Shown here: in pieces, positions 26,888 to 38,221 of the stretch
How the letters are laid out: every line of letters begins with the position of its first letter
Position numbering within the stretch: position 1 is the first letter of the stretch
Assembly: GCA_002633005.1 (NCBI GenBank)
Contig: NMRA01000351.1
Span: forward strand, 235,258 to 299,257
Direction: 5' to 3'
Length of the DNA: 64,000 bases
Origin: Phoronis australis
Lineage: Eukaryota > Animalia > Phoronida
Program-made: the position numbers and the translations under genes
Notes under the pieces: model-generated
Database searches by the model: none
What the model was told of the DNA's origin: nothing
Seen by the model: the letters and a program-made list of their open reading frames with translations, nothing else

Positions 26888-27567
26888 GTAAGTGGGGCGT
26901 ACAATTTCTTCTAGTGGTCAACTCTGACAGTTGGAATTTAGAAACGTGATCTCGAAGAAACATTCTCCTTATAGTCTGCTCTTGTAATAAGCGCAGGTTT
27001 CACGAAGCGGCGAATATTAGGGAGTTTTTGCCATGACCCAAATTTTAGTTACAATGGTGTACCTCGACCCCGTAATGGTATATTCAGACTTGTTCCATGT
27101 TTCAACAGTAGGTGCGGGAGATGTCACGAGCTCAGACGAAACTAGAAAATTTTACACAGGACAGAATGTGTTTTGGATTGTGGATGAATGAATTCAAATA
27201 ATACGATAGCTTTATCGTATGTTTGCGCTGTTCAACAGCGAATAAAAAGACAATTCCCTATGCCGACTAAGTGAACAATTAGAAGTGGGCTGAAAGTGTT
27301 CGTTAAGCATGTTATTACGTATTAAACTAAGATAGATTACAAGTCAAAGAGAAAAATTGTTTTATGTTTTATAAAGCTTGCAATTTCGTTATTTTCTTAA
27401 ACTTGAACTAATTCAGCCTGTCTCAAAAGTAATACATGTACACCAAACAGCATTTAGATTACCTACTTAAAGATTTGTTCAGATATTTTATCCTTTCTCA
27501 TCATATACGGCCTGACTGTTATTACACGTGTTTGCACAAATTGTTAGCTTTTGCTTTTTCGTGGCAG

Positions 27568-27807
27568 CCTGATACGGAATGGCATTACAGCGACTGCGTT
27601 TACGTCAAATGCGGTGTAAACGGCTCGCTGTTTGTCACCAATCAAACTTGCTGTCCGTGCCGAGAAGACGAAATAGCTATGGACGTTCCTGGCGCCTGCT
27701 GTCCTTACTGCGTGCGGAACGAGAACTACACGTATGCTCCATCTGTGGCCACCACACCATTCACACCACAAGCACCTGTCTGTGTCTATGGCAACAAAAC
27801 ATACCAG
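27568..27807 (+). CDS. Mucin-like gene exon, VWC-like (PDTEWHYSDCVYVKC...GACCPYC...VCVYGNKTYQ)
   Basis: ggcag acceptor, CAG|gtaagt donor, 80 codons, phase 0-0, VWC Cys pattern. Confidence 0.9.
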
Positions 27808-28354
27808 GTAAGTACTTGCACTAAGTACATTAATAGAGTTGGCTATTTGTGGAAACGATGTAAGAGCTTGTCATTAGTTAATGAAAATAATAACAGCAGC
27901 TATCCTGGATGACGTCAGTGCCGGATTATCCGTTAGGATGACTAAAGTGCAGCTCACGGCTGGCTCCCGTACAAACTTGGGTTCTCTTCCAAACTTTTGT
28001 CAGCCAGTAAAGAAGAATACTGTGGCATTCCTAAGTTCCATCAGTGCTTAACAGTGTCAACCGAGATTCATTCGGACGAGCGGGAAAGGGTGGAACTGAA
28101 AGACTGTGTTGACCAGACAACGCACTGTCTGCTAGGCACCGCTCCGATTACAGCGTTCATGTGCCTCGAAAACCCTCAGTCGGCCAGCAGGTGAATTTTT
28201 AAAAGGACATTTTCTGAAGCTGCAACTATGCCCCTTAAGATCATTCAAATTAAATGACTCGCTTCAAAGGGTCATGCTTGTTATCATTGTAAACACGTTG
28301 TTGTAAGAGTAGTCTGGAATGCAATTTTAGGTAAATTGAATATATATCTTGTAG

Positions 28355-28465
28355 ATTAATGAAGCTTGGACGCCAGATAACACCAGCTGTTATGAGTGCA
28401 AGTGTACTGAGGACGCCGGTATTATTTGTAGAGACCAGCGAAACTCGTGTGATCTAACTTGCGAG
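28355..28465 (+). CDS. Mucin-like gene exon, VWC (INEAWTPDNTSCYECKCTEDAGIICRDQRNSCDLTCE)
   Basis: cttgtag acceptor, GAG|gtaagc donor, 37 codons, phase 0-0, W...CxxCxC motif. Confidence 0.88.
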
Positions 28466-29096
28466 GTAAGCCCTTTGTATCAATATTAATTATGCGTAAC
28501 TTCACATCTCGCATATTTGCGCCTAGCCTTTGTCGATTAGTCCCCAGTAGCGCGATTTGTGGTAGCGACAGATTGGCGATTCTGTCATTTGTATTCCGAT
28601 GTGACTGGTGCAGGTATCATTTCATTTTTGCAATGGCGTTAATCAATAGTTTTGTTAGCGCCGCAATGAAGCGTTTATTTTTTTCATATTTGAAATAAGA
28701 ACTGGGCCAGCACTAAGCGCATGTGCGTTACAAATTTAATTTTCTGATCAATGGGCGTTTTTCTTCTGCCTTTTAAACATTAAGTATTTTCACGTATTTC
28801 AAATTACGTTCCAATTATCAAAGATCACAATTCATAAAAGATTTTTTCCATCGCGCATGTAACAAACCAGAAATGATTTTGTTTTTGTTGTATCCAAGGA
28901 TGGAATTGTTGAAAAACTATTAAATTGTTAGAACTGAGTTCTAATTTACAGTGAACAGAAGCCCAAGATGACGATATCATTTCGCCCGATGAACAAAAGT
29001 AGCGCGTCAACGGAATTGTAGATGATCATCAGAATTTCAGTTATACGTTTTGAATACAATCTGTTCCTCAGTTATCAGTTAGGTCATGTTTTGCAG

Positions 29097-29142
29097 AATG
29101 GCACCTTGAAGTATTACGCTGGCCAGTGCTGTCCCGTCTGTG
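29097..29142 (+). CDS. Mucin-like gene exon, VWC end (NGTLKYYAGQCCPVC)
   Basis: ttttgcag acceptor, G|gtaagt donor, GxCCPxC motif, phase 0 to 1. Confidence 0.88.
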
Positions 29143-29979
29143 GTAAGTAGTCTGCTTTTAATGAATACAACTTATCCGGGAATTATTATCATTGCCGGGG
29201 TTCCCTTGCATATAGACGTCCCGACGAACATGGCCGTTGTTAGCACCAAATGAACGTACTGTAACGTGTGCATGATTGCGATGTTAAAATGCGGTGACGT
29301 TGCAAGCGTGATGGTTTTCCATTTCTCGATTGTCTAGTCCCGAAAACTTAGTGAACGTACTTCCATAGGTACTTCCATATGATACTTTATTAGGCACGTT
29401 CTTCAGACATGACTAGTTGAACTAATTATCTCTTGACAGTCCAGGCTCATTGCATTTAACGACCTTAAAAAGCTAATTTTTCTATGAGCATGATGAAGCA
29501 ATTTTCAATATTGACGTGCACGGTAGAAAAAACGACGAAGCACGATACAATGTTTATTATTAATACTACTAACACCACAACTAAAAATTCTTCAACTGTG
29601 CAGAAAACGTGTAAAAAAGTCAAAGTCAATAACCGATCGTGCCATCTATCGGAACAATAAAAAAACTAAAAAAAAAACGTAGCATGACACTGATTATCAC
29701 TAATTGAAGCGGTGCGTGATGAGGCTATTCCAAACCGGCCTCGATCAGGATAACTTGTTGCATGCCTGCTCTCTATTCACGACATAAACACTCTACTTAA
29801 CCCATGGCAGAAAGTGTCAACTTAACAGGTTGTGGCTCAAGAATCTGTCTAGTATCTTCAAGTCAACCTTGTGAATTCATTCAGTGTAAAATGAAGGATG
29901 TTTTCGTTCGCCATCCACCAACACGTATTGCTTGGTCAACTCCTTGCTCTTTAAAATGCCATTCACTTTGTCTTTTCAG

Positions 29980-30231
29980 TGCCAACAAACACGTGCAGCG
30001 TGCACACAAAGTCTGTGAGCCAACTGACCGTTTATCATATGAAGAACGAACACCGTTGTGTTTCCCAAGAACCTGTTATGATCGCTACGTGCCGTGGTCT
30101 CTGCTTCACGCCTGAACCGCAGGCTATAGTGCTAGTAGACGACACCTTTATAAAGATGAACTACGGCTGTAGATGTTGTCAACCGTCAGCTTTCATGAAT
30201 GAACCCAAAAATTATACTTTCTTGTGCAACG
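29980..30231 (+). CDS. Mucin-like gene exon, C-terminal cystine knot (CTCK) part 1
   Basis: cttttcag acceptor and G|gtaaga donor. Contains TCRGLC (CxGxC) and GCRCCQP, the hallmark motifs of mucin/vWF CTCK. Confidence 0.92.
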
Positions 30232-31093
30232 GTAAGATCTCTTACTGTGTTTATTGACAAGACCACATACTCTAGAGTGTCAACATGCTCCACACTGGGA
30301 AACCCAGAAGTATCCAACGGGGGGAGGGTAAGATGAGGTATAACCTGGGGCACTTGAACAACGGGGCCAAACCCAAGACTGAAATGAGTTACGACCGGAG
30401 GAGGGCCTTTTGCATTGGACATGGGTGCAAGATGACTACGCCAGAGATTATGACTGAGAAATCGAACGTCTTTCTGGACCTCGAAGCTATTTAAGTCAAC
30501 ACGGACTACCCTTTAACGCCAAACACTTTATGTACACCCAAGGACCTTAATCCCGTACATACCTTTGCATCCCACACACTCCAACATCCGGGGAACTTAA
30601 TCCTTTACATATCTTTCATCGCACACACCTATAGAATATGGATCCGGGGACACTAATCCAATTCATACCATTCATCCCGCACACGCTCCTTGCTTCTGGA
30701 CATACGCAATTTCGAAGGAAATGTCATGCGGAGTGCGTTTTTTTCTCTTTTTGGGTCGTTTCAGAGGGGGTGTGACAACCTGCCCCCCGTCCGCCTATGA
30801 TAAGCACATGCTCTGTTTGCCAATGCCGCGTGCACGAATATGTGGTCTCGCAGCCTACTCCACCTTGCATTCACTACTACATACTACTAATTCTTGTTTC
30901 TTTTCGTGATTTTGTTTCATGCTCGTCCTGTCTCCTACTAATGCACCTTTAATGTCTCCCTTTGGTGATAAAAACACTGTTCAACTAAAAACCCGTACTA
31001 GTTCTGTATTACACAATGAGTTTTGTGGTTCTTGATGAATATTCTTTCGCTGGAGTTGTCGGTGTAATTCCACTCAAGCGTAGTTGACGCTTG

Positions 31094-31941
31094 TGGGATT
31101 GTTCTAAAATCCCCTCTACCCCCTCGACCGCCCAAGACCCTCGACCCCCACGACCCCGTCGACCCACAACCCCCTCGACCCACGACCCCCTCGACCCACT
31201 ACTTACAATACCTACAGTCGGTTTTGGCTCCGTCTCGTTGTCGACTCACCATCGGTTTCGCTGGGTCTGGCTGGTATTAAGAACATTGCACGTATTTTTT
31301 GCAATAAGAGAGTCAATTCGGCAAGTTTCAAAGCCACAAATTAGGATCAAAGAACTACCAACGCTACAAATGTCCTTCCCGGCAGAGTGTAGTCGTCTCG
31401 TCTGCTTTTCAGTGAATGGCAGCCGGATTCAAGCTATTTTTGGGAGAATGCGAGGCACGACTATGTATTTCAGCAAAAAGTGTTTGAAAAACAAACTGTT
31501 AACTAAAAAGTATCTCAAAGTTACATGGAGAATATTGTAATCGAGTATACGACAGAAAGCAAATAATAAGAATGTGACATTATGTGTATACACGTTAACG
31601 CACATTCTCCCTACGTTCAGTAGAAGCGGGTCATTGATAGCGGATTGTGGACCTATTTCTGTGACAACGATAGCACACTCACAATCTGCCATTTCAGATC
31701 ATGCTTTACCGGAACCAGAGGAGACTCGTGTAGTTAAGTTTCGGGAAAAGTCATTCAGGAACTTAATAAGATTATGAAATTTATAAAAAGTACAGACACA
31801 CTTCTGTTGCTGCAAGTCGTGGGTCGAGGAGGCTGTGGGTCGTGAGGGTCGTGGGTCGAGGAGGTTGTGGGTTTTGGGTCGTGGGGGTCGTGGGTAGAGG
31901 TCGTGGGGTGTGGTTGTCGAGGGTTTTTTATAACAATCCCA
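31094..31941. mobile_element. MITE-like element with TIR TGGGATTGTT(C/A)TAAAA, subterminal repeat arrays and apparent 3-bp TTG TSD
   Basis: ttg|TGGGATTGTTCTAAAAT ... TTTTATAACAATCCCA|ttg, with inverted arrays of CCCCTCGACCCAC at both ends. A homolog lies at 19579-20457. Confidence 0.8.
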
Positions 31942-32105
31942 TTGAGTTTTCAAATACTCATCTAAACTTTTGAAGGTTGCCGACGGTTACAAACTACTAT
32001 TTCGTTTTAGAGAGCTGCAAGTATGTGGGAAGTCGTTGTTAACATCTGTTCACAGGATCCTACCAGGTTAAGTACCATTTTATGGTTAGTCTTATTCTTT
32101 TGTAG

Positions 32106-32261
32106 ACGGAAAAGAAGGTAATTCAGTGGAAACATTCTCATTCCGCATGCCTGTGGCTTGTTCATGTCAACAGTGTAACGAGGTTCCATACATACCTCCT
32201 CCTGCTCCCATCACCCCGGGAAAACGTGACCTGCCAAGGAGCGCCCGCCAAGGAAGAGAGG
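32106..32261 (+). CDS. Mucin-like gene exon, CTCK part 2 (…RMPVACSCQQC) plus tail NEVPYIPPPAPITPGKRDLPRSARQGRE
   Basis: ttcttttgtag acceptor; G+AC=Asp keeps the frame. CSC..C completes an 11-Cys CTCK. G|gtgagt donor; read-through would end GESKVFA-stop at 32284. Confidence 0.88.
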
Positions 32262-32477
32262 GTGAGTCAAAGGTCTTTGCGTAAATAATTCGTGAAATAA
32301 GCCTGAGCCAGTGACGATACAATTCCTTTTATTCCTACAGTTAAACCACTTCGAGGTAGTAATGTAGTAAAGACATGTCTAAAATATATGACCTACTTAG
32401 ACCGACCTCTAGCTTATTTGAATACGTTTCGTTCTGTCTTTTCCCTGGAAATGTTCAGCTGTTCTAAGAACGCTCTA

Positions 32478-32537
32478 ACACCTGACGATGATTGGAGATA
32501 TGACCGATCGAAATGTATATAGTTTGGTAGTAGGTGA
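32478..32537 (+). ncRNA. Hammerhead-ribozyme-like motif (imperfect)
   Basis: CTGACGA-t-GATTGG(agatatga)CCGATC-GAAA gives the conserved core boxes with a 6-bp stem II. Stems I and III are weak. Confidence 0.3.
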
Positions 32538-33374
32538 AAATAGACGAAGAGATTTTATGCATGGTGACATTATATCCTGACAACGGTTTCGTATAAGCCC
32601 AACATTTTCTACATAGACTACATATAATCTAGCATTTGTGAATGCTGGCAGCGACGCAAATGCTATTAATGAACGCCATACTGACTTGCGTAGGGATCCG
32701 TTTGCTCAAAGTACTCTCATTAACTAAGAATGACACGTGCTCTTGTTTAGTCACACAATGCAATATTCGAACTTTAATGTGACATAATGTCTCACTCTAC
32801 ACATATTGTCACCCTCAATACATTGCGACGGCACATTGTCGCCCTCAAAAGCGGCGTCTTTAGCAAAATTGCATGTTAGTGTGCATGTGTGCACGATACT
32901 TTGTGTTGACCTCTGGGATGGTCAAATATTAATCTTCCGGTTGATGAGGTGGATGATTCAGGGGGTCTGGGAGAGGATCCAGAGTTCGAGGAGTTGGGCT
33001 ACCGAAAGTTGGAGGCAGTAAAACATGTCTTCAGTATCACAAATGATACCGTTTGCAAAACCACCGCTCCCGCAAACGAGGCTGGCGTCAGACGTGGTTA
33101 TCCAGTCCCGATGTCTCCCGCACTCAACGTGTTACAATTAACTTCGTTTTCGTTTTTTGCAATTGCCTTGGACTCTCTCAGACTCTGGATCCGTGCCAAG
33201 AATCCTGGTAAGCAGGTTACCTTTCGACACAATGACATAATAAGTCGGCGTTCAGTGCACATATTTGTCTCCCTGCGACAACATATGTCCAGTGCAACAT
33301 ATACTCATATATATATTTAATTATTTATTTATTTATTTTTGTTTATTTATTGATTTATTTATGTATCGTCACAG

Positions 33375-33430
33375 ACGTATATTTAAAGAGGGGAGTCGAA
33401 AAACGACCCATTTGTAAGGAGATTCAGTGA
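33375..33430 (+). CDS. Candidate next/terminal exon of the mucin-like gene (DVYLKRGVEKRPICKEIQ*; alternative donor after 33413)
   Basis: T-rich tract plus acag acceptor, phase-1 compatible. Internal T|gtaagg is a possible donor. There is no domain support. Confidence 0.4.
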
Positions 33431-34038
33431 GAAGTCACCCCGTGATAGGTTTTCATTACAGAAGAATCATGTCTTTAATTTTAAAATCAAACTAGTTCGT
33501 TGGTGTGACAGTTGCATTTTATTCCACTAAATCTGAATCACTCCACATTGTCAACACTGAGCACAACTTTTATAGCCTGGGTTTAAGATGGAAAAATGAT
33601 TAGTCCGATCCGTTCCGTGGACTTGTGTGATTGTCGGGAAAAGGAACTTGTGGAGCAACTTGTAGGAAGTTTAATGGGAGAAGTTACATGCATTAAGGAT
33701 ATTCGTCCCTAGAAGACTTACTGTGTCGCTAGGGATTCTGAAAGACCGCAAGTTTGCGTACGAGGATTGGTCGAGAAAGTCACTCCTCTGAGCAGTATAC
33801 TCCGTATACGTTTTCAGTGGTACTTAGGACCGACACCGGCACTTGGGTTGTCGGTGAATGATGACGACATCAGACGAATAAATAGAACGGGATGTTAGTA
33901 GTTAGCTGCCTCGCTGGTTTGAAAAAATATCGTTCAGTCAGACACCGCCCCATTTCATAATTTTTAAACCCTGGGAGTAGAACTTTGACGATTTTACTTC
34001 ATACATTGTAGCAAACTGCACTGTTATTTTTTTTTCAG

Positions 34039-34094
34039 TAAACGCTAAATCTTGGGACCAGAGGATACAGCTTATGGACCCGATAAAAGTTTAG
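34039..34094 (+). CDS. Alternative candidate terminal exon (xNAKSWDQRIQLMDPIKV*)
   Basis: Very strong acceptor (ttatttttttttcag), phase-1 compatible with donors at 32261 or 33413. There is no domain support. Confidence 0.35.
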
Positions 34095-34544
34095 GTGAAG
34101 ATATCGAAAGATTATGGACTACGTCTTACAACGCCTAATAGATTAGATACTAAAAAACGAACTGTCAGTTACAATTGCATTTTGTAGTAGCGGGTGTAGT
34201 AAAGCTTTGTTAAAGATTCAGAAAATGATATTTCCCACAGCTACCACACACAAGGAAGTTTAAAAAATATAACGTATCACAGGTAAAACATTCTTTTTTC
34301 TACAGCATAGCAACTGCTGAATACCTGTGCAATTTTTAAACAAGAAAACACATTGATCACCACATTTCTAACCGGTAACACTGCGCTGGATACTGAATCA
34401 CATGAGAAATAATGGCCTCTTTTTTCTCAGTCTTGCAAACTAGATTACGTATATGCACAATATCAATTTTACACCTTAGGATCAATAACAAGAGCAATAC
34501 GACAGCACTGTGAACGGTGTGCTTCTACTGGTGTGTTTTGTAAT

Positions 34545-35538
34545 CATAAAAATGGCCATTAGACGGCGAAGAATGTGTCAAACCCTTGCTAATTGAAAAG
34601 GTGGCACCGTTTCTGTAATACACAACTACTTGCCAAATTGCATGAAAAAACCCAAGGAACTCCTACGATATAGATACATGCGAAATAAACAGTTGACACT
34701 AAAAGGCACAGCTATAGCCCGATTGGTCTGAAACTCATCGTCCTATGTTGCCATTTCTATAGGAGGCCATCATTAAAATTTCGCATAGTTCCTGCAAAGG
34801 GTTAAGGAGAAACAGTCTAATACGCAAAAAGCCAATTGCCCCTAGGGGTGCCAGAATAGTCGAAAACGTTCGAAACTTTACATCAGCCGGGGTCTTCGCA
34901 TCAAAAGCACAATCACCAACTTCCATAATGATCCTTTGAGTAGTTTGTCACATCAACGAGCTAATGTATCGCTTTGGTCAGATAGAGAGGCAGTTGTCAA
35001 AGACATTAAAAAAAATTTCAAATGGCCACCAAGTGGCTCAGAAAAATAAAATTTGTAAGAAAATGGAAAGGCATTGTCGTCTCAATAGAAACCTATTTGC
35101 CGAGTTTCATGAAAATATAGGGTCAAACGTAAAAAAAAAAACATTTTGCCATTAGGACTACGGGGCACCGTGTTATTTGCATTAGTTCGACACTTGTTAC
35201 CGTTTATTATGGAATCCATGTGAACACATCTTTCAAATGTAATAAAGCTCTTTCAAAGGGTTAAGGAGATTCAGTTGCAGACGCAGAAAACAAAATCGGC
35301 ACCAGGAAGCGACACCGTAGTCGGACCCGCACGAACGCCAACGTCAGCCGTGGAATTCGCATCAGGAACTTTTCTGTAAAATTTCATATTGATCCTATTA
35401 GCGGTATGGCCATAAAACGGACGCAAGCATTATAGAAATGGTCACCAGGTGGCGCATAAAACATCACATCTGTCCGAAAATGGAAAGGCGTTGTTGCCTC
35501 CTCAATAGAAACTTGTTTGTCGACTTCGATGAAAATGT
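34545..35538. repeat. Degenerate long-period repeat (~420-470 bp) region
   Basis: Recurring blocks: aaatggccaccaagtggc..aaaatggaaagg..ctcaatagaaac..catgaaaat (~34550, 35020, 35437) and caaagggttaaggaga (34795, 35255). Confidence 0.55.
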
Positions 35539-35543
35539 ATTAA

Positions 35544-36374
35544 AGGAAATACATACAGGAGAACCTAGATCTGTGTTGTTTTAACACACAAAACGCGTGT
35601 CATCCCGGCCAGTGGCTCGGAACCCGATCAGGCCCGTCGCGGCCGGACTGACTCGTTATCCCGGCCAGTGGCTCGGAACCCGAGCAGGCCCGTCGCGGCC
35701 GCCGGGGCTGGTAGGAACATAAACCAGCTTAAGTTGGAAACTAAACCTCCAGTCACGATCGAAAAGTCTATAATGCTGGGCCAAAGAAATAATGTGCACG
35801 TAATTATGTGAATTAGCCACGAAACTGAAAATCTACTTACTTGTCGGAGCCCGCGAAGTCGGCGGGTTCCCCTTCCACAGATCGTCAGGGCAAAGGTTGT
35901 ACATTAACAGTGATTTGAATAATGTATTTGTATTTCTGAATAAAGATTTCTCAAACATGTGACCATGGCATATAAAATCGTGTAATTGTTTCACAACAGT
36001 TCTCTGTCAGCAAACACGCTCACACGGCCTCGGTGCCCGGTCAGTTACATGTACCTTTGTTGCCGGCATCAAAAGCCGGTAACGCAGTGGTTTATTCATT
36101 GCTAGCTCCTCAACATTTGCATTCACGAATACTGCAAAGGCATTAAAAATAGTATCTAATAACTGTGTTTCAGTTTCATATAAGCATTGGTTAGGATGAG
36201 AATAAATCATTTTGAAACAGAACGCAGAATAATAAACGTATACCTGGCAAACTCGCCCGTCGCCGGCCAATCCCGACTTAGTCCGACGAAGACTCCACGG
36301 GTCGCATCGTTAGGTTTCACAGGCTATCAGTTCGAACCGGAATGCACTGATCAAGAAATACTAGAGAGGCGCCG
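35544..36374 (-). mobile_element. Kolobok-like copy D (internally deleted, truncated by a Gypsy LTR)
   Basis: TTAA-AGGA start, then colinear with 17527-18350. Contains intact GFTGYQFEPECTDQEILERR and ends exactly at the LTR TG. Confidence 0.75.
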
Positions 36375-36531
36375 TGTAGTATAGTGACTTAGTCGTAGGC
36401 ATGTTTTATGCGGAACAGTTACTTCCGATTTAGCCACCATGTTGGCAATTGTCTTTGGTTTTTCCAGTGTAGAATAAATCGTTAATTAGAGTAACCATCT
36501 GCGTTGTTGACGATGAACGAAAGATCTAACA
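36375..36531 (+). repeat. 5' LTR
   Basis: TGTAGTATAG...GATCTAACA, followed by a PBS resembling the complement of the tRNA-Ser(GCU) 3' end. Two mismatches to the 3' LTR by eye. Confidence 0.93.
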
Positions 36532-37571
36532 TTGGCGACGAAGATTCCAGGAAATAATAGGGACAATTATTTTGACTGGGAACTGACAATTACACAAAAT
36601 GGAGGCTGGTGAACATGAACCGGGAAGTCACGTTTGCAGCCCAGGCATGGCTGGGTTGGGACTTAAAAACTTCGACTGTCATGGAGAGACACAAAATTTA
36701 GCTGCATCATGGAAGCGTTGGAAACGTGCAGCGTTGTTGATGATACGGGCCCAAGGCGTCAAAGATGAGGACAGGAAGGTTGCCATTTTGCTTCACAACG
36801 GAGGTTTGGAATTGCAAGAAATTTNATCTTACAAATTTCACTTGATATTTTCTCATGCTATTTTGCAAGTGTCACGCGCCAGGTCACGCGCCAGATCTCG
36901 CTCTTTGCTCAGTCTCGCGCTAGCCTTTGTCTCATACTCACCTGACTCAGTTGAAATACTTGATTGTGGTAATCGCGCGCCCGGACAAAGTTAACAGTAA
37001 CCACAAAGTGGAGTTGGAATTCTTCGCCTAAGTCACCTGAATTCCCGTATGTATGCTTCATCAAAGATACGTTTAGAAGCAGAAAGAGTCACTGAAGAAA
37101 TAAGAGCCTTTTAGGTGCTAATTTTAGGTGTAGAATGTATTTTCGACGAGCTGAAAACTTTATCAGTGAGCGCATGGGATTTCGCCTACTGCCACGGTTT
37201 AAAATACACGGGATGAAATTAGTACAGAACGCGATAGAACGTATTGTAGTGCGAATCTGAAGTTCATTTGCCATAACAGCAATGCTTTTGGACATTTTTG
37301 GAACTAAACGGCTAAAAACTCGAAGACAATAAGAGAATACACTCGGCTACCGTATTGGGCAAATGACCAAACGACAAGCTTTTGCCCCACTTCCCGTGAC
37401 GTCACAGGTAAGTCTCGTATAATCTCGCGTTATTGTTATAAACTCGCAAAAGGCCTATTTAAACACGCAAAACTGATACTGTATTTCTTAAACCTTTAAT
37501 TTAATGCTCAAGCTATACAACGAATGCGTGTTGAAACACAACNTTTGACTGGGAACTGACAATTACACAAA

Positions 37572-38220
37572 ATGGAGGCTGGTGAACATGAACCGGGAAG
37601 TCACGTTTGCAGCCCAGGCATGGCTGGGTTGGGAATTAAAAACTTCGACTGTCATGGAGAGGCACAAAATTTAGCTGCATCATGGAAGCGTTGGAAACGT
37701 GCAGCGTTGTTGATGATACGTGCCCAAGGCGTCAAAGATGAGGACAGGAAGGTTGCCATTTTGCTTCACAACGGAGGTTTGGAATTGCAAGAAATTTATT
37801 ACACTCTGGTTGATGAAGGTGAAACTTTGACTTTAGATCAAGCTTTGGCAGAGTTAGATAAGTATTTCACGCCAAAGACAAACACAACATTTGAGAGACA
37901 TGTTTTCAGACAACTAAAGCAAGAACAGAATGAAACTGTTGATCAGTATTTGTGTCGCTTGAGAACAAAAGCTCTTAATTGTAACTTTGACAATGTTGAT
38001 GAATCCTTGAGAGATCAGTTGATTGATAAGTGCTATAACCCTTTATTAAAAAGGAAATTTCTAGAAAAAGGGGGTGATGTGAAACTGTCTGATTTACAAG
38101 ATGTTGCGCGCGCATTTGAGCAAGTTGATTTGCAAATGAAAACCATGTCTCTAGGCGCCAATAGTCAGGCTGTTAATGCTGTTGGTCAAAGGAAGGTTGA
38201 ATGCTTTAACTGTGGCCGTA
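37572..38220 (+). CDS. Gypsy gag (capsid region; zinc knuckle truncated at CFNCGR)
   Basis: WKRWKR..LLHNGG..LQEIY, FERHVFRQLKQEQNETVDQYLCRLR and LRDQLI are typical Gypsy gag motifs. The 5' part is also present at 36599-36824. Confidence 0.85.
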
Positions 38221-38221
38221 T

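Noticed and set aside
32949-33320. 123-aa ORF with an internal G|gtaagc donor downstream of the CTCK exon
   Set aside because: No acceptor compatible with the mucin frame was identified and no domain was recognisable.
36599-36994. Second gag ORF with a novel C-terminus
   Set aside because: It reads through an n into unrelated sequence, so it is an assembly junction rather than a fusion gene.
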